This document shows positions 1 through 10,185 of a stretch of DNA of 64,000 bases, piece by piece. The stretch spans positions 9,705 to 73,704 of the forward strand of contig JAVZCK010000008.1 in assembly GCA_038874435.1 (NCBI GenBank), written 5' to 3'. The stretch comes from Thermoplasmata archaeon (GTDB lineage Archaea > Thermoplasmatota > Thermoplasmata > Lutacidiplasmatales > SKW197). The stretch's first letter is position 1. The number at the start of each line of letters is the position of its first letter. Under the pieces are notes generated by a model that was not told the origin of the DNA, made no database searches, and worked only from the letters and a program-made list of their open reading frames with translations. The position numbers and the translations under genes were made by a program.

Positions 1-93
1 CTCCTAGCCCAGCATCAATTAAGACATTCCTATTTCCTTTCACCAAGTAGATGTTTGAACTATAGCCCTCTCCAAGGATTGGATAAACCTGCA

Positions 94-633
94 TCACCAT
101 CGCTCCTGATGGAGGTATTCTTCAATAGGTGCACGCTTTCGCATTTCTGGCTGTTCGGCAGGATAGCCAACAGGAATAATTATTACAGGTCTTGCATACT
201 CTGGTATTTGCAGGATTTTTCTCACCGCTTCCTCGTCAAAAGCCCCTACCCAGCAAGTTCCAAGCCCATGCTCAAGGGCTGCAAGCATAATCAGCATTGC
301 AGATGCGGCTGTGTCCTGATATGTGTAGAGCGTTGTCCCTCTGCTTCCATACCTTTTTATTTTCTTTTCATTCGTGCAAATGACAATATCCACTGGTGCT
401 TCAGCTACAAAATCCTGATTAAGTGCTGCCTTTGCCAGTGCCTCTCTTGTTTTTTTATCTCTCACCACTATGAAGTCCCTTGCCTGCAGGTTGCCAGCAG
501 AAGGTGCCATATTTCCAACTTCAAGAAGTTTCTTCACAACCTCATCAGCCACATCCTTCTCCTGATATTTTCTCACAGACCTTCGGTTTGCAATCGCATC
601 CATCAATTCCATGGGTTCCTGCATTCTATCCAT
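94..633 (-). CDS. nitroreductase family protein
   Basis: 179-aa ORF. Sequence pattern typical of the NADH/flavin nitroreductase fold: N-terminal RRSVRKY motif, FIVV...GNLQ..., and a conserved central Gly/Trp-rich segment. Confidence 0.8.
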   Translation of the reverse strand: MDRMQEPMELMDAIANRRSVRKYQEKDVADEVVKKLLEVGNMAPSAGNLQARDFIVVRDKKTREALAKAALNQDFVAEAPVDIVICTNEKKIKRYGSRGTTLYTYQDTAASAMLIMLAALEHGLGTCWVGAFDEEAVRKILQIPEYARPVIIIPVGYPAEQPEMRKRAPIEEYLHQERW

Positions 634-821
634 AAAAATAAACCTTTCTCAGAACCCTTTTCAGGGTGCTTCGCACCCCGAAAAGGTTTCATCCAAAATG
701 GGGGTAGGTTCGGAGATGCTGAAAGCATCCCCTTAATGCGGGTTAGCGTAAGGGTGCCAACCCTCGGGGGTTACCGTAAGGGGCGTAGCCCCTCGTGGTA
801 CCGTAGGGTGCAACCCCGTAA

Positions 822-1466
822 TCATACAATCATAATCTTTTCTCCTGTCTCCATGTACACAATTGATTTGCAGAGGTATGTGGTGTGGTCTCCAATTCTC
901 TCAAGATAGCGGACGATCAGTACACTTGAGATTATACATTGTGTGGTTGCTGGCGTGTGAGCAGATAATCTGTCAAAGAAGTCAAAGTACATTTTATCCA
1001 ATTCGTGTTCCCGAGTAGAAATGTTTTCTGCAAGGGTCGGTGAATAGTTCTTAAGTGCATCTATGCTCATTTTTACCATCGCTAGAGTTTTTTCTCCCAT
1101 TTCTGTAATGTAATCAACAATCCATGGCTCGCAATGGCATAAGCCACCAGTACGCCTGTTCGTGAAGGAAATGTCTAATGCATATCTTCCAAATCTGGCA
1201 AAATCATATGCAATTTTCATCGAGGACTTGATTTTTCTCAGGTCTGATGCCACAGGTTGATACCTAGCAATTATCTCTACCACTTTCTCCTCTACAGCAT
1301 CTTCCATGCTCATCAGCTTGTTTGAAATTTCTCTTACCTCACTATAGTTTTCTGTACAGGTTATGCATTCAGAAATTGCGAGCGATACCACTTTGTAGGC
1401 CAGTTCGCCCATCTCATACATCATGTTGGATAGTTCGTCCAAGCTTGCTTCAATCATTCTTGTCAT
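822..1466 (-). CDS. phoU: phosphate transport system regulator PhoU
   Basis: 214 aa. PhoU-like helical repeats with the ERIGDH motif. Located immediately downstream of pstB in the same operon. Confidence 0.85.
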   Translation of the reverse strand: MTRMIEASLDELSNMMYEMGELAYKVVSLAISECITCTENYSEVREISNKLMSMEDAVEEKVVEIIARYQPVASDLRKIKSSMKIAYDFARFGRYALDISFTNRRTGGLCHCEPWIVDYITEMGEKTLAMVKMSIDALKNYSPTLAENISTREHELDKMYFDFFDRLSAHTPATTQCIISSVLIVRYLERIGDHTTYLCKSIVYMETGEKIMIV

Positions 1467-1475
1467 TTCATCACC

Positions 1476-2228
1476 TCATCCAAATTCTCCTGTGATGTAC
1501 CTTTCTGTCAGCTCGTGCTGGGGATTTTCGAAGACCTCTGTGGTTTTCCCATACTCCACAAGCTTACCCATGTAGAGAAAAGCCACATTATCCGAAACCC
1601 TTGCCGCCTGCTGTACATTGTGAGTGACAATGATCACCGTGTATTTTTTTGCGAGCTCCTGCATTAACTCCTCGATCTTTGCAGTTGCAATAGGGTCCAG
1701 CGCACTGCAGGGTTCATCCATCAGGATTACATCTGGCTTTACAGCAAGTGCCCTTGCAATGCAGAGTCGCTGCTGCTGTCCACCGGACAAACTGAATGCA
1801 CTCTCGTGCAACCTATCCTTCACCTCATCATACAGGGCGGCTCCTTTTAAGCTCTCTTCCACAATTTTTGTCATGGTCTTTCCATCAGCCATCTTGTGAA
1901 TCCGTAATCCAAAAGCCACATTCTCAAATATAGATTTCGGCAGTGGGTTCGGTCTCTGGAAAACCATGCCAATGCGTCTTCTCAACTCATATACATCTGT
2001 TTTTTCGTCATAGATATTTTTGCCATCAAGGTAAACTGCACCTTTTGTCTTGCAGCCCTCTATGATTTCGTTCATTCTGTTGAGACAGCGAAGTAATGTG
2101 CTTTTTCCGCATCCGGAAGGGCCCATTATCGCAGTTACTGCATTTTCCTGAATTTCCAAACTTATGTCCTTGAGGACATGATTGTTCTTGAACCAGAGAT
2201 TCAGCCCTTCTATTTTCACCTGAGCCAT
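1476..2228 (-). CDS. pstB: phosphate ABC transporter ATP-binding protein PstB
   Basis: Walker A (GPSGCGKST), ABC signature ([15 protein letters not shown]), Walker B (ILMDEP). The PstB-typical C-terminus ends ...ITGEFG. Confidence 0.95.
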   Translation of the reverse strand: MAQVKIEGLNLWFKNNHVLKDISLEIQENAVTAIMGPSGCGKSTLLRCLNRMNEIIEGCKTKGAVYLDGKNIYDEKTDVYELRRRIGMVFQRPNPLPKSIFENVAFGLRIHKMADGKTMTKIVEESLKGAALYDEVKDRLHESAFSLSGGQQQRLCIARALAVKPDVILMDEPCSALDPIATAKIEELMQELAKKYTVIIVTHNVQQAARVSDNVAFLYMGKLVEYGKTTEVFENPQHELTERYITGEFG

Positions 2229-3058
2229 GGTTGTTTCCTCCTGTAGTGAATTCTGAGAATGATTGCAGCTACTGCAAATACAATCACAATAATGAAAAGG
2301 ACTAAAGCTACACCAAAAACCTTGTCGGGTGTTTCACCGAGCGCCACAATTTTGACATAGAGATTAAATGCTAGAGCCATAATAGGGTCGAGGGGTGTTT
2401 TTGGAAGTCCGCGTGTCACCATCACGCATGAAGTGAAAAGAATTGCAGCGGTTTCACCAGCCACTCTTGCAATACCTAGCAGGATACTTGTAATTATCCC
2501 TGGTGCAGCTGCAGGGAGGGTTATAGTATGGGATACCTGCCACTCAGAAGACCCAAGTGCAAGGGCCCCCTCCTTGAAACTGCTGGGAACCATTTTTATC
2601 GCTTCTTCAGACCCTCTTATCACTATGGGCAGCATCATCAGGGAAAGGGTGAGCCACCCGGCAGCAAGGGAGATTCCAAAACCAAGCTGTCTGCAGAAAA
2701 AGGCATACCCAAAAAGTCCAATGACAATCGAGGGAAGCCCAGCCAGGTTGTTGATGGCCTGGTCTATCAATCTAGTTATTCTATTCTTTGGAGCATACTC
2801 AACGAGATAAAGGGCAGCCAACACACCTATTGGGCCTGCAACGGCAGCAGAACCTAGAAGAAGATAGATTGTCCCTATGACCATTTCAAACATTCCGCCG
2901 TTCAGCACAGGGGTTGTGAGGGACGAGGATGAAAGTGTGCCTGCACCAGAAAGCAAAATTGCAGTTATCCAGAGAAAGGCAAGCAGGCAGATTGCAGTGC
3001 AAAGTCCGAAGATTGAAAATATTGTCAACTCCTTTGTCCGTTTCCCTCTGTGTCTCAT
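2216..3058 (-). CDS. pstA: phosphate ABC transporter permease PstA
   Basis: 280-aa polytopic membrane protein with the ABC permease EAA-like loop. Operon position between pstC and pstB. Confidence 0.85.
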   Translation of the reverse strand: MRHRGKRTKELTIFSIFGLCTAICLLAFLWITAILLSGAGTLSSSSLTTPVLNGGMFEMVIGTIYLLLGSAAVAGPIGVLAALYLVEYAPKNRITRLIDQAINNLAGLPSIVIGLFGYAFFCRQLGFGISLAAGWLTLSLMMLPIVIRGSEEAIKMVPSSFKEGALALGSSEWQVSHTITLPAAAPGIITSILLGIARVAGETAAILFTSCVMVTRGLPKTPLDPIMALAFNLYVKIVALGETPDKVFGVALVLFIIVIVFAVAAIILRIHYRRKQPWLR

Positions 3059-3966
3059 TTTTTCGCTCCCTTTTTGCTTCCTTTATTTATGATAATATCC
3101 GCTAGTGTATTCACAATGAATGTGATGATGAAGAGGATTAAACCCAACCCGAACAATGCACTGTATTCCAAACTTCCAACAGAAGCCTCACCCATCTGCA
3201 TTGCAATGGCACCAGTTAGAGTGTAAACTGGAGATAGAAAGTTCCATGGAGGCGAAGGAATAACCGCGGTGTTCCCAGCCACCATCAAAACAGCCACGGT
3301 CTCACCGATGGCTCTTCCAAACCCCAAAAGAATTCCAGCAATTACGCCTGACTTTGCGGTGGGCAACACCACATGTCTAATTGTTTGCCATTTAGTGGCT
3401 CCCAAAGCCAGTGCGGCTTCTTTGTAGTCCTTTGGGACTGCAGAAATTATCTCACTGGAAACTCCAACGATTGTGGGTATGGTCATTATTGCAAGAATGA
3501 TTGCTGCAGTCAGCGCTACAGTGCCGCTCGGAATGGAAAATAATGACGCAATGAACGGTGCAACAACCAGAATTCCTATAAATCCGTAGATGATTGAGGG
3601 AATGGAGGCGAGAAGTTCTATCATTGATTTTAGAATGTCTTTGATTGAAAATGGCACAATCTCTGATATGAAAACAGATGTGCCAAGGGCAAGGGGAACT
3701 GCAATAGCCAGTGCACCGACAACAATCATCAAGGAACCGTAGATTAACGGCAATGCTCCATACAAATCAGAATTTGTCTCCCAGACGGGACCAACAACAA
3801 AACCCACACCGAACATCAAGAGTGCCTGGGCACCTTCTTTCAGGATAAACACAAGCATCAAAAATAAGAAAATTATTGAAATAAAACTGGAGAAAAAAAG
3901 AAGCCCTCTCACTGGCTCCCTTCGGATGGATTTAAAAAATTTCATCAGTTTAAATTTTAGTGCCAT
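3055..3966 (-). CDS. pstC: phosphate ABC transporter permease PstC
   Basis: 303-aa polytopic membrane protein. Permease signature loop (...LPTAKSGV...GRAIGET). Position between pstS and pstA. Confidence 0.85.
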   Translation of the reverse strand: MALKFKLMKFFKSIRREPVRGLLFFSSFISIIFLFLMLVFILKEGAQALLMFGVGFVVGPVWETNSDLYGALPLIYGSLMIVVGALAIAVPLALGTSVFISEIVPFSIKDILKSMIELLASIPSIIYGFIGILVVAPFIASLFSIPSGTVALTAAIILAIMTIPTIVGVSSEIISAVPKDYKEAALALGATKWQTIRHVVLPTAKSGVIAGILLGFGRAIGETVAVLMVAGNTAVIPSPPWNFLSPVYTLTGAIAMQMGEASVGSLEYSALFGLGLILFIITFIVNTLADIIINKGSKKGAKK

Positions 3967-3981
3967 GGTATCACGACACGC

Positions 3982-4950
3982 TTAGTTTCCGTGGAGGTAG
4001 GGCAGCTTCAGATACCCATTTTTTTCCACGATTTGCTGTCCATCCTTTGAAAGGACAAAGTCAATGAAACGGTCTGCTAACGACCCGCTCTTTGGCTGCC
4101 CGTTTGTCACCAAGTAGAGGTACCTGGAAATTGGGAAGTCGCCCTTTGCAATTGATTCTTTTGTCGGAGTAACGTATGGCATTCCATCCGCCTTTGCTAA
4201 GGAAACTGCATGCATGTTGCTGGAGAGGAAACCGAAGCCAACATACCCGATTGAATACGGTGTTGTCTCCACCTTGGTTCTGACTGCAGGATTACTGGGC
4301 TGTACACTGGCACTGGATACTACAGTATAGTTCCAGGGATGCATTGTAAACTCTTCAAATGTGGCTCTTGTACCAGAACCGGGCTCTCTGACCACAACAA
4401 TAATCTCCTTATGGGGAAGATAGGGCTTCACCTCATCCCAGTATTTATAGACCCCTCCAAAGATTTTACCGACTTCTTGCAATGTCAGGTTAAGGGGTGC
4501 ACTTGAATTTCCAACTGCTGGATGTACTACCACACAAACTGCATCTAAGGCAATCTGGTGTAGCCAGAGATCCACACTCTTGTTTTTCGCCTTCTGGATT
4601 TCGTTACTCTTCGGGTCTCTGGAAGCCATGCCAATGTCAACAACTCCATCAATAATGTTGCTGTAGCCAACTCCAGTGCCACCACCCTGAACTGTTATTG
4701 TTACACCCGAGTATTTGTTCATCATGACCACTGCACTCTCGTTTGCAATCGGGAGAACCGTGGTAGAGCCAGAAATTTTTATGCTCTCAGTTCTCCATGC
4801 ACTGTCCTCATTATTCCCTCCGCTTTGCTGTGGTGTCACACTGGCCATTCCGACAAAGTAGCCACCGAAAAACCCTATTGCCAACAACACAACAATCGTT
4901 GCTACCAGAGCGCCTGTTCCAATTCCTGCGTTTTCCTTCCGCTTTATCAT
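3982..4950 (-). CDS. pstS: phosphate-binding protein PstS (lipoprotein/TM-anchored)
   Basis: 322 aa. N-terminal hydrophobic anchor followed by a PBP-like fold (SGSTTV...GSGT motifs). First gene of the pst operon. Confidence 0.85.
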   Translation of the reverse strand: MIKRKENAGIGTGALVATIVVLLAIGFFGGYFVGMASVTPQQSGGNNEDSAWRTESIKISGSTTVLPIANESAVVMMNKYSGVTITVQGGGTGVGYSNIIDGVVDIGMASRDPKSNEIQKAKNKSVDLWLHQIALDAVCVVVHPAVGNSSAPLNLTLQEVGKIFGGVYKYWDEVKPYLPHKEIIVVVREPGSGTRATFEEFTMHPWNYTVVSSASVQPSNPAVRTKVETTPYSIGYVGFGFLSSNMHAVSLAKADGMPYVTPTKESIAKGDFPISRYLYLVTNGQPKSGSLADRFIDFVLSKDGQQIVEKNGYLKLPYLHGN

Positions 4951-5010
4951 GGTTTCACCTGTTTATGTATATGGTGGAAAAACCTATATACTTTGTCCGA
5001 ATAGGGTATA

Positions 5011-6135
5011 GTGATAAATATGAACTATATAGATAATACGGAAAATATAGAGAAATCTAAGACAGGGGAGCAAACTCACGAAGAAGTGAGAAAAATTCAG
5101 TTTACTGGTAAGTCCACCTATGTGGTTTCCTTACCGAAAAAGTGGGTCAGTTTCTGGGGACTGAAAGCTGGGAGCCAGGTAACGATTTATCAGAAAGGAG
5201 ACTCTCTGGTTCTGACACCTCGTGGCTCTGGACGCCCTCAAGAACGCTCAAATATCGCATTGATTAAAGTTTCCAGTGACGACGAAGCCGATGCTATTGG
5301 AAGAAAGATAATTGCCCTCTATCTGCTAGGATACAAATATATCTATATAAAAACGGATGAGAAAAGTATAGATACGCTCCAAAGAACGAGAATAAAAGAC
5401 CTGATAAGAAAAAAACTGGTTGGTACAGAGATAATATCAGAAACAGAAGAAGAAATCAAAATACAGGTGTTGGTGAGATACCCAGACCTCTCAATCGAAA
5501 ATGCATTGAAAAGAATGTGCCTCATCGCTAGTTTCATGCACGAAAAATCTATTCAAGCATTGAAGAACCAAGATAAGAAACTTGCAAGCGAGATAATAAA
5601 TCTAGATGATGAAGTGGACAGATTTGGATTATATGTTGTTCGCCAGTTGAAAGCGGCTGTGGTAGATGAGCAGGTACTCCAGGAGATAGGGCTATCGAGC
5701 CGTCAGGATTGCCTTGGCTACAGAGTGATTGTGAAATTTGTAGAAAGAATTGCAGACCATGCGACTACAATTGCTAAATCTATAATAGAAACTGATATTA
5801 AGATTACCGATAAGGAATATACACACATTCTCGAGATGAGCAATCTTGCAAGAAAATCATTTGAGGATGCAATTAAAGCCCTTTTCACTAAGGATTGCAC
5901 ACTGGCGGAAGAGGTGATTTCAAATGAAAGAAACACTGTGATTATGGAAGGGCAAGCGATAAAAGAGCTCCAGTCAAGAAGAAAAATCTCAGAGATAGCC
6001 AACATGAGAATGATTTTAGAGAGCATAAGAAGGTGTGCGGAGTATGCTTGTGATATTGCAGAGGTTGTGATAAATCTAAATATCGAAAATGAACTAGCAG
6101 AGAAAAAGAATTTTCAACGAACCATTAATAGTTAG
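5011..6135 (+). CDS. PhoU-family regulator with N-terminal AbrB/SpoVT-like swapped-hairpin DNA-binding domain
   Basis: 374 aa. N-terminus (GKSTYVVSLPKKWV...GSQVTIYQKGDSLVLTP) matches the AbrB/MazE-like fold. C-terminal two PhoU repeats with ERIADHA. Divergent from the pst operon. Confidence 0.75.
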   Translation: MINMNYIDNTENIEKSKTGEQTHEEVRKIQFTGKSTYVVSLPKKWVSFWGLKAGSQVTIYQKGDSLVLTPRGSGRPQERSNIALIKVSSDDEADAIGRKIIALYLLGYKYIYIKTDEKSIDTLQRTRIKDLIRKKLVGTEIISETEEEIKIQVLVRYPDLSIENALKRMCLIASFMHEKSIQALKNQDKKLASEIINLDDEVDRFGLYVVRQLKAAVVDEQVLQEIGLSSRQDCLGYRVIVKFVERIADHATTIAKSIIETDIKITDKEYTHILEMSNLARKSFEDAIKALFTKDCTLAEEVISNERNTVIMEGQAIKELQSRRKISEIANMRMILESIRRCAEYACDIAEVVINLNIENELAEKKNFQRTINS

Positions 6136-6230
6136 GAGAAGAACATTGACATTATTCAATTTTTCCAGTTTATTTGGGATACTGATTTCTCAGAAAAGTT
6201 TATCGGTAGAAAGTTAATCTCCTGAGAGAA

Positions 6231-8075
6231 ATGAAACATGCATCTGTTGGCTTGCTAGCTCAATTTCTCATGATCTGGTTGTTCATATCTCCAGCTTTGG
6301 CTGTCTCTTTTCCGCAAACTCAGGAGGAGGCGACATTGTTTCCGACCACTACAAGTGGCTGGTGTATGTATATGGGAGACCCAAGAAGAACTGGCTTTGT
6401 GGATACCTACATTCCAGCAGAGGTAGAAGTAAGGTGGGAGAGATGCCAACCATCAATTTCAACCACTTCCGTAGTTTCCGATGGAATCTATGCCTATCTG
6501 ACGCCTCAAACTAGCAATCTCACAGCGGTTTCTGTAGAAAGCAATACAACCTTGTGGGAGTATGCTGTGGGCACTGTGTTTGCTACGCCTCTGATTGTGG
6601 ACAATTTTCTGATTGTGGGGAATGCAGAGGGAATTCTCTACTTTTTCGAGCGATACTCTGGCTATCTTCATAGGCAGGTGTTTATTGGACATGGGTGCTA
6701 CCAGCACCTGCTCTACTGGAACAACACTATATTTGCAGCAGGTAAAAACTGGTTGACCGCGGTGGATGCCGACGGAACAATTCTTTGGTCGCAGTACTTT
6801 GAAAAAGAAATCACAGTGCCACCTCTTGCATATTTAAACTCTCTTTACATTCTAACTGAAAACAAGATTTGGTGTTTTAACCAGAATAAGACAATCTGGG
6901 AGAGAGAGTTTAATATGAATTTCACATCTGCAATGGTCGCCTCTGGCAATCTCATAGTAACAACCGAAAATGGAAAAATTCTGGCACTGAACGCTTTGGG
7001 AGGAGAAACAAAATGGGAGCAGGACATGGGTTGTGAGGCCTTTTCTCCTGCCTACTCTAATGGACTTCTTTTTACGGCGACCAGAAATGGCACTCTTTAC
7101 ACACTCTCTGCTCAGGATGGTTCTGACCTCTGGAATTTTTCCACTGCTTCTGAGTGTTTCCAGTCACCCGTGGTAAATCGCTACAACATTCTCTTCGCCT
7201 CTGGCAATACCCTTTACTGCTTGAAACAGAACACTGGTGAGGTAATCTGGTCGATTGGATTTGATGCAAATCTAATTAGTGAGCTTTCCCTCGTCTCCTC
7301 AAATATTTTCGTTGGAGATTCTCAAGGCAGAATTTACTGTATTTCTGCACCGAAGCCAGAACTCAAGGTTTCCGTCTATCCTTCTCAACCCACACTTTAC
7401 GAACGTACCCAGGTGAGAATTACATTCTCTGTAGTTGCAGGAATAATGCCTGCGATGAATGCATCTGTAAATCTTTCGGTGCCTGCTGGGGCACTCTCCA
7501 ATTACTCTGGTTTTACAGATGCTGATGGAATTTTTGCAGTGGTTTACACCGCACCTGCAGTGAAAAATAAAGAAAACATCACACTCAGTGCGATTTTTTC
7601 GTTTCCCGGGTACAGAAACACGACGAAGAACATTACGATTACGGTGCATCCCACCCCCTCTGTTGAATTAAACTTGAGTTTGGAGGAAATGCCTGTTTAC
7701 GCTGGTAGCACAGTTAAAATCAAGATTACTGTGTTGCGGGATGGAAAACTGGTTCAGGGTGCAAGTGTATATGCATGGTGTGGGAATGAGGTGATTGCAA
7801 CGGGCTACACTGATGCAAATGGGTCTTTTGAATTTACTTACAGAGTGCCTGAGGTGCGAGAAGAAACAACGATTAAGATTGAGGCGAGAGTTTATGGGAC
7901 AGTCAGTGCCCCTTTCCTTGAGAAAAACGCAACTCTGAGCATTGTGGTTTTACCATTACAACATGGAGAGGAAGGCAGAGAGACCCAGATTTATGCATCA
8001 CTTGCAGTTGCATCTGCTCTTCTTCTTTTATTTGCATTCTGGAATTTTTGGGAGTGGCGAAAAAGTAAACTCTGA
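6231..8075 (+). CDS. secreted/surface protein with PQQ-like beta-propeller repeats, Ig-like domains and C-terminal TM anchor
   Basis: 614 aa. N-terminal signal peptide. Repeated W/Y-containing beta-propeller blades (PQQ/BamB-like). C-terminal beta-sandwich-like repeats. Terminal hydrophobic helix followed by WRKSKL. Confidence 0.6.
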   Translation: MKHASVGLLAQFLMIWLFISPALAVSFPQTQEEATLFPTTTSGWCMYMGDPRRTGFVDTYIPAEVEVRWERCQPSISTTSVVSDGIYAYLTPQTSNLTAVSVESNTTLWEYAVGTVFATPLIVDNFLIVGNAEGILYFFERYSGYLHRQVFIGHGCYQHLLYWNNTIFAAGKNWLTAVDADGTILWSQYFEKEITVPPLAYLNSLYILTENKIWCFNQNKTIWEREFNMNFTSAMVASGNLIVTTENGKILALNALGGETKWEQDMGCEAFSPAYSNGLLFTATRNGTLYTLSAQDGSDLWNFSTASECFQSPVVNRYNILFASGNTLYCLKQNTGEVIWSIGFDANLISELSLVSSNIFVGDSQGRIYCISAPKPELKVSVYPSQPTLYERTQVRITFSVVAGIMPAMNASVNLSVPAGALSNYSGFTDADGIFAVVYTAPAVKNKENITLSAIFSFPGYRNTTKNITITVHPTPSVELNLSLEEMPVYAGSTVKIKITVLRDGKLVQGASVYAWCGNEVIATGYTDANGSFEFTYRVPEVREETTIKIEARVYGTVSAPFLEKNATLSIVVLPLQHGEEGRETQIYASLAVASALLLLFAFWNFWEWRKSKL

Positions 8076-8723
8076 TCATTTCAGAAATCTTCTGGGATTT
8101 TGCTCAAGTGCAATGTATGCTTCCTCTCCAGTAAGACCTGCTCCGAGTGCTACACGGTATGCTTTTACCAGGGAAAGGAGGTCATCGAAATCATGGGCAT
8201 CAGAATTAACCACGAATTCGGCTCCCGCCCGCTTTCCCACTTTAACCACATGCCCGTTTGTCAGGCAGTGTCCCTTCCGTGATGAGATTTCCAGAAGGAT
8301 TCCATGCTCTTGGGCGTGTTTTGCGGTCCTGTATGTGATTAAGCCAGGATGGGCAATTATATCCACATCCTCGCAGACAGCAGCAATTTCGTTTGTGTTT
8401 TCAGGGACTGGTTCTGCAAGGGTTTCTCCATGCACAATCACCACCTTTGCACCTGCTTTTTTAGCCATGGCAGCAAGTTCAGGGATTGACTCAGGAGGCA
8501 CATGGGTTAACTCAACACCTGGAATCGCTATTATTTTCCAGAATCTGTTAACAAGTTCACATTCCGCTTTTACCTTCTTCACAACTTCAACCACATTTGC
8601 ACCGCAATGGTCTGTGATTGCAATTGCTTCATGCCCGAGCACCTCAGCCCTTCTTGCCAGTTCTGTGGGAATAAAGGCACCGTCACTCAGCACAGTGTGG
8701 GCATGAAGTTCAATTCTTCCCAA
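8076..8723 (-). CDS. PHP-domain metal-dependent phosphoesterase
   Basis: 215 aa. N-terminal HAHTxxSDG motif plus later His/Asp ligands (ITDHC, HGE, NSDAHD) typical of the PHP (polymerase/histidinol phosphatase) fold. Confidence 0.8.
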   Translation of the reverse strand: MGRIELHAHTVLSDGAFIPTELARRAEVLGHEAIAITDHCGANVVEVVKKVKAECELVNRFWKIIAIPGVELTHVPPESIPELAAMAKKAGAKVVIVHGETLAEPVPENTNEIAAVCEDVDIIAHPGLITYRTAKHAQEHGILLEISSRKGHCLTNGHVVKVGKRAGAEFVVNSDAHDFDDLLSLVKAYRVALGAGLTGEEAYIALEQNPRRFLK

Positions 8724-8732
8724 GTTTTCACC

Positions 8733-9284
8733 TCAAGGAGCAAAACCCATTTCGTATATTCTGAGTTCTTCTCTCTTTCTTTCAAGGAATCTATAGACAG
8801 TGCTGTGCTCGCTACCGTTGAGCAGCATTTCAATTGCTTCTTTTGCAATTCTGAAGTTCTCATACTGACCAATAATGCTCACAGTGTGCCCGTAGATTGA
8901 GACCTCAGTGCCAGTTAATTCCTCAATTATTCTCCTTGTTTTTCCATTTTTCCCTATCAAGCGTGCACGAATTCTAACCAGTGCTGCTTTGCTTTTCCCG
9001 GTGTACTCCTTTATGTCTATGCACTCAAAGTAAGTATCTTCTTCAAAAATTTTTCTGGCTCTTTCTGGGGAAAAGCCCCGACCCACTGCCACCACATAAT
9101 CTCTCAATTTGATGCAAAGAAGTGGGTCATTCAGGGCGGTTGCATCAATTGTGGTCTCTCCCGTCTCAGAATCTACAAAAATCTTGACACCATATTTCTT
9201 TTCAATCTCCTTCTTCGCTCTTCCCTCTTCACCAATCAATGCACCGATGCGCTCTGTTGGAATTCGCACATAAAATACACTCAT
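8733..9284 (-). CDS. KH-domain RNA-binding protein (Dim2/Pno1-like)
   Basis: 183 aa. Two KH-like GxxG-containing segments (IGALIGEEGRAKKEIE; IGKNGKTRRIIEELTG). The conserved archaeal pairing with the downstream RIO1 kinase supports the call. Confidence 0.8.
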   Translation of the reverse strand: MSVFYVRIPTERIGALIGEEGRAKKEIEKKYGVKIFVDSETGETTIDATALNDPLLCIKLRDYVVAVGRGFSPERARKIFEEDTYFECIDIKEYTGKSKAALVRIRARLIGKNGKTRRIIEELTGTEVSIYGHTVSIIGQYENFRIAKEAIEMLLNGSEHSTVYRFLERKREELRIYEMGFAP

Positions 9285-10108
9285 TTTTTCAGCACCTCCA
9301 GCATTTCGTTGAGCAATTGATTTTCCTCAAGTTCAACGCCAAGTTTTCCAAAGTATCTTGCAATGTTGAACACATCTCTCCTCAATAATTCAAAAAATCT
9401 AGGATGCTCCTTTGTCACTGCCTGGCCAACATCTATTATGTAAACTTTTTTTCTAAAATAGAGCATGTTGAATTCGCTCATGTCCCCATGCACAAGCCCT
9501 GACTTGAGAATGAGTTTGTACATTCTTACCACATCTTTGTAAGTTTTTTCTGGATTCTCCACTTCTACATCCTTTATCATGGGCGCAGGAGCACTGTTCG
9601 TGCCTATGTACTTCATCACTACAATGTTGTCCAGAAATTCCAGTGGTTCTGGCACTCTAACTCCAGCATCAAACATGATTCTTAAATTCCTGAATTCCTT
9701 CTGTGCCCATGTGAAGATGATTCTTTTCCTGTCCTTACCCACATACTTGAATCGTCTATCCCCTCTTATGTAGTCACAAATCCTGTTGAAATTGGCGTTG
9801 CCTACCCGATAAATTTTCACAGCTACATTTCCGTACTTTTTCCCGCTCGCCTTGAATACATTACCTTCCTTGCCTGTGGAAATTGGGTAGTCCAGAGTAT
9901 CAAAATATCCATCGTTCATCAGCTTGTAGAGGGCGAGCATCAGGTCTCTTGTGAATACTTCATTCTCAATTTTTCTCCAATCACTGGTTTTGTCCCTAAG
10001 ATTGAGTTTCGCAATTTCGTATTCCATTCGCTGGATTTTTTTCTCGTCCACGAGTGTCATCACACATCTTATTAGGGAATGGGATATTAAGGTTTTGGAT
10101 TTGACCAT
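9281..10108 (-). CDS. rio1: RIO-type serine/threonine protein kinase Rio1
   Basis: 275 aa. Kinase motifs: VAVKIYR lysine, LVHGDMSEFN catalytic loop, IIDVGQAV metal-binding loop. Overlaps the KH gene. Confidence 0.85.
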   Translation of the reverse strand: MVKSKTLISHSLIRCVMTLVDEKKIQRMEYEIAKLNLRDKTSDWRKIENEVFTRDLMLALYKLMNDGYFDTLDYPISTGKEGNVFKASGKKYGNVAVKIYRVGNANFNRICDYIRGDRRFKYVGKDRKRIIFTWAQKEFRNLRIMFDAGVRVPEPLEFLDNIVVMKYIGTNSAPAPMIKDVEVENPEKTYKDVVRMYKLILKSGLVHGDMSEFNMLYFRKKVYIIDVGQAVTKEHPRFFELLRRDVFNIARYFGKLGVELEENQLLNEMLEVLKK

Positions 10109-10185
10109 TTTGTGTGTTCTGGTTCAGCACATTGAATCCTTTTTAATACAGTGTCCCAATCTTTATATCGGTTAATACATTCTAA

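Noticed and set aside
6231-8075. PGF-CTERM / archaeosortase signal on surface proteins
   Set aside because: No PGF (or PEF/PEP) tripeptide precedes any of the C-terminal helices. Only the generic helix-plus-basic-tail design is present.
7942-8706. 254-aa plus-strand ORF overlapping the PHP gene
   Set aside because: Antisense to a well-supported PHP-domain CDS, with low-complexity Ser/Ala-rich translation. Treated as spurious.
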